From Neoechinorhynchus agilis (taxonomy: Eukaryota; Animalia; Acanthocephala): DNA of 64,000 nucleotides. How positions within the stretch are numbered: position 1 is the stretch's first letter; each line of letters starts with the position of its first letter. Shown piece by piece: positions 23,194-36,100 of the stretch. The position numbers and the translations under genes were made by a program. Location: positions 6,852,389 to 6,916,388 of the forward strand of contig CM121343.1 of the NCBI GenBank assembly GCA_051530055.1. The letters are read 5' to 3'. The notes beneath the pieces are model-generated. The model was not told the DNA's origin, did not search any database, and saw only the letters and a list, made by a program, of their open reading frames with translations.

Positions 23194-24525
23194 ATGGTAG
23201 AAGATGTTGAGATTGATGATGTAAGCCATAAAGAATGTCCCAATCGCAAATTGACGTCATTTTCCCCGCATTTGGGCATTGAATTTTGCGAATTATCCAT
23301 GGATGGGGCGGATAGTATGTTCAAGGTGCCGTCATCCACCATGGGTTCGACTTCGGCTTCCTTTACGCGTTATTCCGAGGAATTATCGATGGATGCTAGC
23401 GTTGTACCCCTTCGTTCCACCTACGAACATCCGGTAACTCACGTTAAGTTGGGCGGAATGTACATGCTACAGTCCATGAAAATGATGTATCCGCTCATTG
23501 ACGATCCGTACACAATGGGCTACATTGCCTGTTCTGCTTCATTGAACGGACTTTATGCGATGGGAGTATCGAAAGTGGACAACATATTGATGCTGCTTGG
23601 GATGAGCACCGAGATGACATCGATTGAACGTAATTCCTACATTCCACATCTGATGAAAGGATTTATGGATTGCGCCATAAAGGCCGCTGATACGTGCGTG
23701 GAAGGCGGTCAAAGTGTGTTGAACCCATGGACAATGATTGGAGGGATTGCTTCCGTTGTTTGTCATCGGAAAGGGGAATTCTTAGGTCCCGAAACTCTTA
23801 GCATTAACATTGGAGATTACATTGTGGTTACGAAACCCATTGGAACACTCGCAGGACTCATTGCACAGCGGTGGATGGAAACTGAAGATTTTAGACTTGC
23901 CCATGTAATGGAAAAGCTTAAAAATGCGAAATCGTTCATCCAAAGAGGATTCGATGCTTCGGTCGCTACAATGTGCCGTCTCAACAAAGGAGCTGCTGGA
24001 CTTCTTCGTAAACACAATGTTCATCTTTCTACTGAAGTGAGTCGCGGTGGCATAGTGGGTGCTGCGAACACTCTTATTGAACGTTTGCTAAAAGCTGACG
24101 TCGAAAATGCCAACGATGTCACTATGATAATCCATAGAATTCCCGTTGTTGAGGGAGTTGTCCATATAGCAAGGCAATTCAATGCAGGCGGTGCCTCCAT
24201 TGAGCACAGGATTATGAATTCCATATTCAATGGAACTGCCCCGGAAATATCTGGCGGTCTTCTGCTCGTGATTCCTCACAAATCCGCCACTGATTTCTGC
24301 AGAGAAATGCATTTAATCGAAAAACAATCCGCGTTTATTATAGGAAAGGTCGAAGGTAGACTTAACATGGGAACGTCGAACTTAATACCTCAACCGCCGG
24401 ATTTATCGACCGATCTACTGGATTCAAGTAATGTACAACGAATTCTACCACATCAGCATGTAAGACTCATTAGTGAACCATGGGTTGTTGACGGTGATAG
24501 TCCAATGTTACATCAAGAAATATAA
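23194..24525 (+). CDS. Selenophosphate synthetase (SPS1/SEPHS-like), active site degenerate
   Basis: Collinear with SEPHS1 (LYAMG, DNILMLLG, GGQSVLNPW, TKPIGT, MCRLN, PEISGGLL); intronless. Confidence 0.9.
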   Translation: MVEDVEIDDVSHKECPNRKLTSFSPHLGIEFCELSMDGADSMFKVPSSTMGSTSASFTRYSEELSMDASVVPLRSTYEHPVTHVKLGGMYMLQSMKMMYPLIDDPYTMGYIACSASLNGLYAMGVSKVDNILMLLGMSTEMTSIERNSYIPHLMKGFMDCAIKAADTCVEGGQSVLNPWTMIGGIASVVCHRKGEFLGPETLSINIGDYIVVTKPIGTLAGLIAQRWMETEDFRLAHVMEKLKNAKSFIQRGFDASVATMCRLNKGAAGLLRKHNVHLSTEVSRGGIVGAANTLIERLLKADVENANDVTMIIHRIPVVEGVVHIARQFNAGGASIEHRIMNSIFNGTAPEISGGLLLVIPHKSATDFCREMHLIEKQSAFIIGKVEGRLNMGTSNLIPQPPDLSTDLLDSSNVQRILPHQHVRLISEPWVVDGDSPMLHQEI

Positions 24526-25164
24526 GGGGTTTTGCCTATTTAGATGGAAAGAGAGTGAATCTTCATTCAAACAAACTCTTTTTTGATTCCAATTGTTTTC
24601 GGACGCACAATCTTGTACGCCTTTTGATCAAGGTTGTAAATTGTTTCGAGATAAAACTGAAATGCCCCGAGAGATCGGATGCGAAAATGTGCGCCTTCAA
24701 AAACAATTGGACTCAATAAATTCTTTTAATTTTTCACCGGCATATAAACAAACATGAATTTTGTTCAATCTTCAAACAATCCCCTTTTTTGGACTCTGAC
24801 AAAATCACTTCGATCGGCTTTAATTACCATCGAGAATCAAATGCAATTTTTTGTGTATCATTGTGCCACTTAATCAATCAACTAATTTTTTGTGAACAAA
24901 AATACTCATTTTACCGTTCAGGAGAAAAAGATTTTTGCTTTTTTTGAACGAACTATTATACTTCCAGTACGAATTGGCTAAAGTTTACAACAATGATTTT
25001 TGTCAGCGTACAAATGCAATTTCGTAACCGTATGAGTCTCTTTCGTGAAATTCGATTCTCACAAATAATAAATCGTTTCAACTTGTTGAAACTTGGCAGA
25101 ATGGAAATTCTTGTATCTGAGAGTGAGTTGTGCGATTCAGAAAAAGAATTCCGATAACTTTGTT

Positions 25165-25545
25165 TGAGCGTTTTCTCTGGGACGCAACGTGTGTTGATAC
25201 CCTCGCAGTAAGCAACATTCCCTACTTTCTCGAAATCGCTGGAGGTGCAGCGAAAGGGATAAAGGTACGAAAATATAGGGATTTAGCAAGGACCCACTAT
25301 TTTGTTCCCTTCGGAGTAGAGACGTATGGAGCGCTCGGCCGCTCGGCACTCACTCTGCTCCAGGATCTCTCGAAGAAATTGCGAGAAGCGACCGGCGACG
25401 AACGAGCAAGTTTATTCCTGCGACAAAATATCTCGCTTGCAGTACAACGAGGCAATGCTGCCAGCGTGATAGAGACGGCCGAGGATGGAGATAAGCTCCA
25501 ATTTTGCGGACGGCGGTGATTGCACGTTTTGTGCTTCAGAAAAAA
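25165..25545 (+). mobile_element. CRE-like element 3' end (RLE)
   Basis: LWDATCVDTLA...KYRDLARTHYFVPFGVETYG...QNISLAVQRGNAASV. Confidence 0.9.
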
Positions 25546-27211
25546 ATCCTTTTACGTCGTTTAGCTTCTTTTTTGTACTAAATTGTGCGGTTGATGAAGC
25601 TTTACACATATTGACGTTTAAAGTTAACAAACCTTCCAAGTCTTCAGCTACATTTACAAGTTAAACTTTATTGAGTCCTGAAAGAAGATGGTTTGCGGCA
25701 ATATTTCTATATGAATGCAATATTGCTCGGCGTTTGAAAATTTACGCCGAACTTCCTCGTCTGGCGGAGTAGCCCCTTTCTTTATGATACCCGCCGGCAT
25801 TTTCTATCTAAAATACGTGATTCTCTCCCTTTTTTGTTTCGCAAGCGACTTTAAGTAATCATAAAAGTGTGCTTCTTCGGTGTAATATTAAATATATTTG
25901 ACTGTGGTGTTATTTTCAAGTTTATGGGCTTTCCCGGCAAATCGTGTATTCCTTGAGTTGCGATTGTACCTTATCGACCCAATCATATCGATAAGAGATA
26001 CACCGACGACACAAAGATGATTGAATATTTGCAGCTGATTTCCATTAGACTAAATTCTAACTCATCGGAGCACGATTTTATAAAACAAAAGCATACAATT
26101 TTGCCTTCTCCGGTGCCATTTAGAATGACGCCCATCCTGCGAGCAAGAGTGCACTGAAATCGCAATAAAAAAATCTAGAAAATGTAGCGGGTATAGTGAA
26201 GTTGACCGTCAACAAAGAAATTGATGTTTAATCTCGACGGCCGTAGTACGTGATCGATTTTAACCAATTATTAGATTTGCATTTAGAATTCTTGAACGAT
26301 TTTTATCATAAATGATGTATGTGTACAACTCTATTAACTATTCCGTCTAAAATATTAATTAGCTCGTAGCTGTTTTCACTACTCTGTTTTACCAATAAAA
26401 CAATTTAAATTGTTTTTGCGCGATTTCAGCGCTTACCTTCGGCTATTTTTCAGACGACATGTAGAAAAACGTTAAACCTCAGAGCTCAACATTAATAACA
26501 AAGTCGTTTTTAAATTGCTAAGTGAAGGGGTTTTCCGCCTGATTTAAGATGAATAATGTGCCCAAGTATAACTTCAAAAATACGATTAACTAATTAAAAA
26601 CGTGAAAATCTTGAAAATCGTGAAATTTGACATTAGTTTCTCTTAGATGTTCCTTATACAATAAAAGAAGATTATATTAAGCCAATCTCTATGGTTCTGG
26701 AAAAATCATTTTGTTCTGAGCACTCAATTTTTCGCTTTAATAGACTTCTACTTCTTAAACTATAGGATTTAGAGTTTCAACGTTCTAATTTAAAGGACGG
26801 TTCAGTGGATGAAATATAAGTGTAAATTTTTAATTACCTTCAATTGTTTCCATTTTGTGCGCTTGATACAGGGAAGTTACCGCTATAAATAGTGCTGTCA
26901 TTTCAGATTTGAGGAGTTGTGGGTAAGGGAGACCAAAATGACATGGGAACTTGTCTTAAATGTCAAAGTGTTGTTTTGAGATAGATTAAATCCCTATGTT
27001 CTCGTTATACATCGTTTGCATTCGTGCATAATTACATCAGAGTAAAATCTCCCAAATGAGCAAGCATGAAAATTTGACTTCTTTTACTCTATCAAGTGTA
27101 ATCTTCTCTTTAGAAAGAAATTCTAGATAAGGAGGGATGCAATTTGCCGAAGAATAGTCAGATATTGATATGGTTCCCTTGAGATTCGACGACGGATTAA
27201 ATTTGTGAAGA

Positions 27212-28282
27212 ATGGGGAATTTACAGAAACTGGAAAGAGGCACAGAATTGTGCAAGATATACGCGTGCTTATTGTTGGCCGTACCTGGGATTGGAGGAAG
27301 TTTGTTGTCTTTAAAAGTCTTTTCATCGCGGCAAATCAAGAAAAGTTCAACAAACATCTACCTGATAGTACTTAGCACAGTCGACGCAGGGTATCTTTTA
27401 GTCATTATATTGGATGAAGTCCTACCTTCAATTGTACGTGGTTATAACATAGAAGCTCCAATGAACATCATCGATCAACATACCTTTTTGTGTAAGACTG
27501 TAAGCTTTTTCAGGCATAATCTTCGAGCAGTCGCTAATTGGATAATAGTGGCGTTTACAATCGAACGACTCATTTTAGTCCATTTTCCTATCCAACAAGG
27601 ATTAGTGAGTACGGAAAGATGCGCCCGGCGAAACATTGCCGCAATAATGCTCTTTTGTTCAGCCATGTCGGGATATTCACTCATCAGCAATGAAATCGTA
27701 TTGCAGTCCGAATCGTTTGATACCAAATGCGATGTTGCCGAAACCCATATACGATTCTATTTTAGCATGACGGTCATATATGCCATTTTCACGATACTGG
27801 TCCCAATTTTCCTAATTTGCGCTTCCAATATGCTCATCATTCGGCAACTTAGAACATCGTGGCGGAGACTGAAATCTTTGCAGGAGCGTTCAAAGGAGGA
27901 GAGCGCTAAAAATGATGCTCTGAAAGGTGTAATTGAAGATCAGCTTGAAAATAGTAAAATCATGTGGATGCTGATTCTAATATCCACTTCGTCCATCGTA
28001 CTCAATGTACCTTATTTTACTTGCTGGACTATGGCTTACTTCATCAACGTAAACAATAGTAACCAATTGTCAAAAACCGCAGTGTATATGAACGCCGTGA
28101 AGGCGTTCAGTCTCATTTTACATACGTTCAATTATAGCTGCCATTTCCTATTGTTATTCATATCCAGAAAAAATTTCCGAAGAGTGTTAATAAAAAAGCT
28201 AAGCTGCAGGCTGGATTCAAGCAAAAGACAACTCTCACCTACCCAAGCTCCCATTCAGTATTTACATGCTGGAAACCTTTAA
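27212..28282 (+). CDS. Class A GPCR, FMRFamide/peptide-receptor-like
   Basis: Seven hydrophobic segments; STNIYLIVLSTVD (TM2), CK...TIERL..VHFP (TM3/ICL2), LNVPY (TM6), FNYSCHF...SRKNFR (TM7/H8); intronless. Confidence 0.85.
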   Translation: MGNLQKLERGTELCKIYACLLLAVPGIGGSLLSLKVFSSRQIKKSSTNIYLIVLSTVDAGYLLVIILDEVLPSIVRGYNIEAPMNIIDQHTFLCKTVSFFRHNLRAVANWIIVAFTIERLILVHFPIQQGLVSTERCARRNIAAIMLFCSAMSGYSLISNEIVLQSESFDTKCDVAETHIRFYFSMTVIYAIFTILVPIFLICASNMLIIRQLRTSWRRLKSLQERSKEESAKNDALKGVIEDQLENSKIMWMLILISTSSIVLNVPYFTCWTMAYFINVNNSNQLSKTAVYMNAVKAFSLILHTFNYSCHFLLLFISRKNFRRVLIKKLSCRLDSSKRQLSPTQAPIQYLHAGNL

Positions 28283-28844
28283 TGATCCACTGTTGCATGC
28301 AGATCAAATTATGGGAATATCAATCTTTTCGTTGATAGATATTTGCCGACTGTTATCTTCTATCATTTCGTGTTTCTTTGTGACAACTAATTTTGAATGT
28401 ACAAAACATCTTATTCTATATTTTAGGGGCACCTATCGGATTCTGGAAATAAGAAGACAAATGTTGAAATTCTATACTGAATGATTAAATTTTAATAAGA
28501 TCAACATTATATCTATCGCGTCTATTATCGAACGACGACTTTGTTTCGATCTTAAATTAATTCACTTGCACTTTTTGATTGAAAAATATTAACCGTTTCA
28601 CTTCTATTATTTCAATTTGTCTCGAAGAATTCGTGTATTTGACAGCCAGAGAGATTTGATAAATTACCCAAACGATCGGAAAGTTGAATAAACCTGTAAA
28701 CACGACAGGTTAAAGGCCGAGAACGTAAAAATATGAAATATTGGCAAATTCAAGACGTATTTAATGCAACCGCGCTCCTGAAATACATTTATGGGTTGTT
28801 ATTTCCTTCGTTTGCAGCTTCATCCCATTTGGAAGATATATACT

Positions 28845-29495
28845 TTTGGTGAAAATAATCAATCGGTCATCACATATTTGAAATATTTCGAAAGAGGAAA
28901 GCTCACCTCATCAGTCATTGCTTGTAAGTTGTTGTTATGAAAGGGGCGAGGTTACCTCCTTCGAAATAGTTCAAATATCTTATGAGAGGTTGATTATTTT
29001 CACCAAAGTATAATAAAATACTTCATCGACGGAGAAAATCCTTCGGGATAATCAAAGTATAATTTTGGTGAAAATAATCAAGCGGTCATCACATATTTGA
29101 AATATTTCGAAAGAGGAAACCTCGCATCATCAGTCATTGTTAAAGTGTTTTTATTCTCATTTGATGAGGCGAGGTTACCTCCTTCGAAATATTTCAAATA
29201 TATTATGACCGGTTGATTATTTTCACCAAAGTATAATAAAATACTTCATCGACGGAGAAAATCCTTCGGGATAATCAAAGTATAATTTTTGTGAAAATAA
29301 TCAACCTCTCATAATATATTTGAAATATTTCGAAAGAGGAAACCTCGCATCATCAGTCATTGTTAAAGTGTTTTTATTCTCATTTGATGAGGCGAGGTTA
29401 CCTCGTTCGAAATATTTCAAATATGAGATGACCGGTTGATTATTTTCACCAAAATTATACTTTGATTAACCCGAAGGATTTTCTCTGTCAGTGAT
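28845..29495. repeat. Palindromic array (six alternating-orientation units, ~220-bp period) of a hammerhead-bearing repeat
   Basis: Forward units ~28845-28920, 29060-29140, 29285-29362; reversed units ~28945-29010, 29162-29232, 29384-29495. Same family as 19127-19287. Confidence 0.85.
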
Positions 29496-30546
29496 ACTTT
29501 GATATTTCGAATGTTGCAGCGTTCCCTTGGAAGCATAGTAGAACGATTCTTTTATCAGGGATTTTGTGGGATAACCGAAAACCCCATGTGATTTATTCAG
29601 TTTTTTAAAGCTAGACTACAGATACATTGTAGTAGAATGAAAGTGTGATAGAGACGTTCCACTTTCTTATGATGATTCAATATTTCAAGTTTTGTTTCTA
29701 TGTTAAAGACGTTTAGCTGTTATTTCTCGAATTTGAAGCCACAACAGTTCACAATTTACCGAATCACAAATTTGTTAGGGGGAGTATCGCACATTTGAAC
29801 TCAAACGAAACGATATTAAAACGTTTTGCGGTCACAAAACGCACTTAAAGAAGAGTAGAGACTTTAAATGGCGAAACGCTCGATTACTAAGAAACCTATC
29901 AAGTCTTAAGGACGTAGCTGATGGGTGGACATTTAGGAGCATACGTCGTTTTGATATTCTTTATGGATATGATGCTAGGGAACAAAACTAGAATTTGTAA
30001 TTTCACTATTTCTGGACTTAATCCTTCAATGATTTATTATTTAACTATAAAAAATTGTAAAAATCTCTCCAGATAAGTATTGTTGTTATATTGTTATTTA
30101 GATCGAAATTCTAATCAATTTTTGATACATGAGAATTCCTAACAAATAGACGTGGTTTGAAATGGACTATAATCACATCAAAAATTGCGGTTCTAATCAA
30201 TGCGCATGAGAAAAACGCAGACAATTTCCTAAAATGCAATTGTACCTCAGACAAATGATTTTGTATGAAAAGAAGCGGAATTTTAGTGGGCGTTCACCGT
30301 CGAAGTAAATCTCGTCATTCAATTATTATCAAAAGTTCATGCTGTGAGTAAGAAGTATTGCTCATAAGAGGGCGCGTCGAAGTACCTATGTCGGAGTTTT
30401 TGAAAGTTACCGAATAACGCCATTCGTTTATATAGACAACGCTAACTCACAGACGTTTAAAATTTAATTTCCATATCGTCGGGGCAGTATTTAGTAACGT
30501 ATCTCGGTTACCACGTTATACAAAAGACTTTTTAAGCGCTCTCTCT

Positions 30547-31725
30547 ATGAATGTGTATGGCATGGAGATTAATCATTTATTTAACTCATTGAAGGGGTAC
30601 CCTTATCCAGCGGTCGTTTCTGGTCCGCAAACAATGGATTACGTTGCATATCCACACATTATTTCTCTCCAAGAGTCTACTGAAGAGTTCAATACTCAAA
30701 CCACAAATCCCGTGTCTGCAATTATAAGTAGCGCCCAAAAAGCCGTTCCATTCACAAAGAAAGCCATCTCGAACGCTTTCTCGAAATTAAAGAGAAATAC
30801 AGCGAATGTGAAATGCCGCGGAAAACTGTTCAATGAGAAGCTGTCTCCAAGTGGTTTCGACATAAGAGACCTATTCAATAGCTTACGAGGTCACGAAGAG
30901 ATCCCGGCTGAGATTGAGTATCCGCAAATCGACGACAACATTTCGTACAATGAGTGTAATTTTCAGCATAATGATAAAATCACGTTTATCGGTCAACCGA
31001 ATGATGAAAGTAAGATATTTTATTTACATGGCGACCAGTATGTTTCCCCAACGGATGCAGCGTCCCTTCCATACGATATTAATCAAGAAGGGAGTCAAGT
31101 ATTTGGCACATTAAAATTAGATAATCCAGCGTATGTCGATACTCCTTACTGCAGTAAATCAAATGAGTTTGTTAATAATACAAATTACAGCCAGCAATCA
31201 GTGCCGGTCGACTTAAGTTCACAGTTGAATTGTTTTAAAGCACCAATTTATACGGCAAGTGGATCTGGTGGTTTCGGGGATGAGAGAGCGGTTTGTGAAT
31301 ATATGAGCGGTGGTTCGGCTTATGGAAAGCATGAGAACAACTATAAGAATGAGTATGGAAGCGTAGGGGAGCGAAGGACGAGAAGATATGATAAAATGGA
31401 GGGTGAAGAGGTGATCGAAGGAGTATACACAAAGAAGAACGATGTGGATTTATATAACAAGAGCAGGGATTCGTCCCCCGTTGAAAAGGACATGAGTAGA
31501 ACGAGAAGTGATAGCGATGTAAGGAAAAAAAGAAACTCTATCCGGTTTTCCAATCACGTTCGGGTATTTAATGCTGCCGATTATGACAGATCGACCGATA
31601 AGCAATGGGCGCACATGACGATCGACGAAAGGATGGCCGTCAGACATGAACTTAACGAGTTCAAAAATAAGGAGATGTACGTACATCCCGAAAGTAGACA
31701 GTTTACGCGTTTTCACCGGGTATAA
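30547..31725 (+). CDS. Phactr-type PP1-binding C-terminal domain protein, no RPEL motifs
   Basis: The C-terminus IRFSNHVRVFNAADYDRSTDKQWAHMT...RHELNEFKNKEMYVHPESRQFTRFHRV matches the PHACTR tail IRFSDYVEV...DYDRRADKPW...RKELNEFKSTEMEVH...TRFHRP; intronless. Confidence 0.8.
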   Translation: MNVYGMEINHLFNSLKGYPYPAVVSGPQTMDYVAYPHIISLQESTEEFNTQTTNPVSAIISSAQKAVPFTKKAISNAFSKLKRNTANVKCRGKLFNEKLSPSGFDIRDLFNSLRGHEEIPAEIEYPQIDDNISYNECNFQHNDKITFIGQPNDESKIFYLHGDQYVSPTDAASLPYDINQEGSQVFGTLKLDNPAYVDTPYCSKSNEFVNNTNYSQQSVPVDLSSQLNCFKAPIYTASGSGGFGDERAVCEYMSGGSAYGKHENNYKNEYGSVGERRTRRYDKMEGEEVIEGVYTKKNDVDLYNKSRDSSPVEKDMSRTRSDSDVRKKRNSIRFSNHVRVFNAADYDRSTDKQWAHMTIDERMAVRHELNEFKNKEMYVHPESRQFTRFHRV

Positions 31726-32444
31726 AGGTCGCATCCTGTTCTAATGCGTGCCGGTGGTGACAGATTGGGACTTAGAATACAAACGAGAGATTTCCACCGC
31801 TTTAACTGAAATGAGAACGTTTATGAAATCAAGAAGCTCCCAGATTTCGACTAATTAGTAATACTTTGGTTGGAATTTCGGGTACTCACCTAAATGCCGC
31901 TTAAAGAATGAATGCTAAACATCTTTTTCGAATACATTTGGCCATTCCTTACAATTCAGTACGAGCGACCAAGCAAATATTCTGAGATTATTTTTTAATA
32001 ACCCAATGAAAGTACTTGTTAAAACGTGATTGATCGAAAATCGCGGGAGGGGGGTAGAAAACATTTACAGCATATTTTTGATATCAATCCAGCAACACTT
32101 TCATCAGTTAGTGAAAAATTCGCACTTCAAATGCTATCATCGCAATCTATGGTCCTAATTTGTTCAAGTCTTCTACCAAATTTTGAAAATTATTTTAGGG
32201 ACACAAGCTAAAACAGAGTTGATTTTCGGTTAAGCTGAATTGATCCATCAAGTAGACAAACTATGGAATTTATAGAGAGAAAATCCTTAGGGTGATGAAA
32301 TTTGAATTGTGGGGTTTATAATCTGATGGATAATTTTTTTAATGAATTGGGCCTCAAAATTGATTGTTTGGGTGTTTTACACTCACTTGAAAAAATCTCA
32401 ACTCCATCATCTCAAAGGATTTCCCTCGGTGAATATTCAAATAG

Positions 32445-32610
32445 CCATCGACAGAAAATCCTTTGGGATGATAAAACTGAACCTGTGATCTTCATAATCC
32501 TAAGCATAAAAAAGTTTATTGAGATATTTCAAAAGAGGGAGCCTCAATCAGTTATTGTAAGAGTTTTATCCGCAAAATATTTCATATCAATAAAATATGT
32601 TTTATCCGAG
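32445..32610. repeat. Degenerate copy of the hammerhead-bearing repeat (head-to-head pair)
   Basis: catcgacagaaaatcctttgggatgataaa...gagatatttcaaaagagggagcctcaatcagttattg resembles the 29-kb unit; the catalytic core is eroded. Confidence 0.55.
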
Positions 32611-33182
32611 GGATCATCACCACAGTTCAAACTATGAAATAAGTTATATTTTGGACTTGTGGTGATCACAATTCCGGATAAATATTTTATTGATGTCTCC
32701 GGATCTCAAGAATGGCGAAGTCATAGAAAAAACAATTAAAATCTTTTATATGACTGAAAAGGCATTCTATTTCGAAATATCTTTTACCCAGGGGATTATA
32801 TGAGATTCGTTCAAATGTACTATTTCGACATAGCGACTGTAATGGGTAATTAAACTGATTTAACGCCTAGAAGCTCATTGATCTTACGCAATTCTTCATA
32901 TTTTTAATAATCGCTTGTTGTTAGCCACATAGTTCATACATTCAGGATGCTACAAAATGGATCATGGATATCTGAGGTGGCTTTAGCAGTAGTAGTACAA
33001 CAATACATCAGTGGTACGGATAAATTCTCGGTCATAATCGAATTATAAATTCTTTGCAAACAGAATTCAGGCAGTCACAAATTACAGCGGATGGGCTAAA
33101 TGTGTCGGTCGTAGTTCCTCCACATAATATTGGCTATTTTGCTTTAATTTAAGCGACAATAACCCATCTTTAAAACGCAGTT

Positions 33183-36100
33183 CTACAATGAAGACGTTAG
33201 GCACGAATGCCACTTATCCTCAATGATTCTTCGATACGTTTCGAAAATGTTTTTCCGCTTGACCTTAATTGACGCGGTCAGCAAATTGGATCCAGGTTCC
33301 CACACATCGCTTATAAGACCAACAGCTAAAGGTATTTCAAACTTCTCCAATCTCGACTTGAATGCCTTTTCTTTGAGATGAACTAAAACCAACTCATTAA
33401 CGACCTGGTCTCGGCAAATCTCCTCGAGAGACTGTTGGTTGTAATCAATGGTACCGTTCTTTTCCAAAAGAACCTGTGAATCAATGTAGTAAAAAGTATA
33501 AGATTTTCTTATCTTCAAATTACCTTTAATTGATCTTCATTTGGTACGATTAAAATTATGAACGCACTTCCATCCTTGTTCATGAACGAACAGCACGTTT
33601 GAACAAGTGAACTTGTCATCGCAGCGTTTTCAACCTTAGCCAATGACACATACTCGCCTCTGGATGTCTTTACGAGGTCTTTTTTCCTATCTAGAATTTT
33701 ACTTTAAGTGTAAAAGCCATTTTTTTATGGAAACACGACCTATAATGTGTAAAATGCCGAGGTGGTCAATTTCTCCAATGTCTCCAGTACAAAAATAATG
33801 AACTCCTTCAATGTCAATGAAGTTAAATTCCTCTTCATGTGCACCACCAGATAGTCTAGGTAGGTATCCTTTTGCAACTGAAGATCCTCCGATTAGTATT
33901 TCTCCTCTTGCATTAGGTTTATCGGTGTTCAAGTATCCCCCTATTGGTATTGAATTGCGAATAGGGAATAATAAATTCTCATAAACCTTCATTCCAATTT
34001 TTGAGTCGAATTTCTATTGATTCTATCGGATGACCGACGGTTCCGAGTGAGCGGTCGAATTCTAGTACACGTGGTTTTGTTGGAGTATTTTGCCTAAACC
34101 CAACTTACGATCGGCAGCAGTGCCTGAAGCTAGTGTTTCAGTGAGTCCATAGGCTTGGAAGACGTTTACGCACAGTGTGCATTCGATGAAACGTTGAGAA
34201 TCAGGATTTATAGCAGCTCCACCGCACATTATATGCTTTAGACGTCCTCCAAATGCGACCTTGTTAGCTCGGGAAAACACAAAGCGATCAAGAAGCGGAG
34301 TTTCGATTCCTCGATCCAAGGCGATTCGCTTCAATTCGAGTAGGAAGTTAATGAAGAATTGCACAAAAATATTCATTTTCTTCATTCGTGACTTGATTGT
34401 ATCCACAACTCGTTCAAGTACCATCTAAACAACGAGCCGTGCCAAATGTTCAGGTAAAGAGAGTTTTGAACAACTCACGGGTACGCTAGCCATTAGAGTG
34501 GGTTTAAGTACGCTTATATCGCCTAAATCTCCCCTTCGAATTCCGGTGCTTCTGTTAGTCAGAGTATGTGGCGATGAAAAGCCTATTGGTAAACCGTGAC
34601 TAAAAGAGTACAATTCCACGAGAAGTTCGTATATATGGGCCAAAGGAAGATATGAAATGAGTACATCTACCGAATGGTCAACATGTTGACCGATCCTTTC
34701 TTTAAATCCAGCTATAGCTGCAACAAGATTCCTGTGCGTAATCAGGACACCTTTCGGAAGACCCGTCGATCCACTTGTGTACATGACAAATGCAACATCA
34801 TCAGGTTCAGGTGGATCAGGCAGCTTCTCCGTAAAGTCACTTCCTAATTTTTCAACTGCAGATAGGTTGGTGTACTTATTTACGTCTTTGTTTTCCAAGT
34901 ATTTGGTTACTTGCTTCATCTCATAGTCCGATTGACCGACAATATAAATTACCTTTTCAATATTGACATCGTTGCGTTCTTCAAGAACTGCCTGGATAAA
35001 AATTTAAACGGTTTTTGCAAATGATCAAAATGAGAAAAAATATATTAACGGTTAAGCGATCCATGAGGTGAGAAGAAGTGGCAACGTATTTGGTACCGGT
35101 TTCGTTCAGGGCGTGTACAATCTCGTCGTTTGATAAAGTCGCATATAAAGTTACAACTGGAAAAAAAAACGAATAGTGATTTAATAAATTTATTAACATT
35201 TTACCTCTGATTGAAACTTGTGTACAAGCTAAAGCTAAGAGAAACCACTCCAATCGTGTTTCGCACAAAATTGCAATACTGTCTCCTGGTTTGACACCCA
35301 AAGCCAATAATCCTGAAGATATGTCATGTATTCGTTTGCACACCTCTTCATGATTTGCCCATTTGTATTGGGAGTCCAATATATACTATCGACGAGGATA
35401 AAATCGAAAATCTACCAGTTGTTAAAATGAGAAACCTTTTTAAAATTATGTCCATTGGGTTGTTTTTCCTCTACAATATCCAATAAAGCTCTTGTTCCAA
35501 ACATAATCTTTTTACCAAACTGCTCTTTACAACTAAATTCAAAATGTCGATATGTGAGAGGAGGTAGATGGGGAATGCGTGCAAAGGAATTATTATGGAC
35601 AGAAGTCTAAAACCCGTGGGATTAAAGACGCTACAAATTGAGATGATGAACCCATCATTTACAGCGGGTGAAGACTTCTATTCACAATATCTAAAATAAG
35701 CACCACTTTAATATTGATCGTACTATTCAGGAAAATCGGCCAGGGTTTTGACATCCGTAGAAAAACTAGATAATAGACCATCGAGACTGGAAACGCAACG
35801 GTATGGTGAAAACGGGTCGTCCGGATCGGTTTGTTTGGCCTAATCAGATAATCGATATTTGTTCATCTTAAGCCTTGAACTCACCCTAACGCTTTCGGCG
35901 TTACGTTTAAAGTATTGCTTTTTATCGTACCATATAATCCATTGGACAATATCGACAATATAAGCAATTATATAACAAATTGCCTTTAATATAGAGTCTA
36001 CAACTGTCATCTTAAAAAATTTAAGAAGAAGGTTTGGAGATGAAACGTTTAGAAACTACGCCTCGTTTCAGACTTTCAACAGCATCACTCCAAAAGCGGT

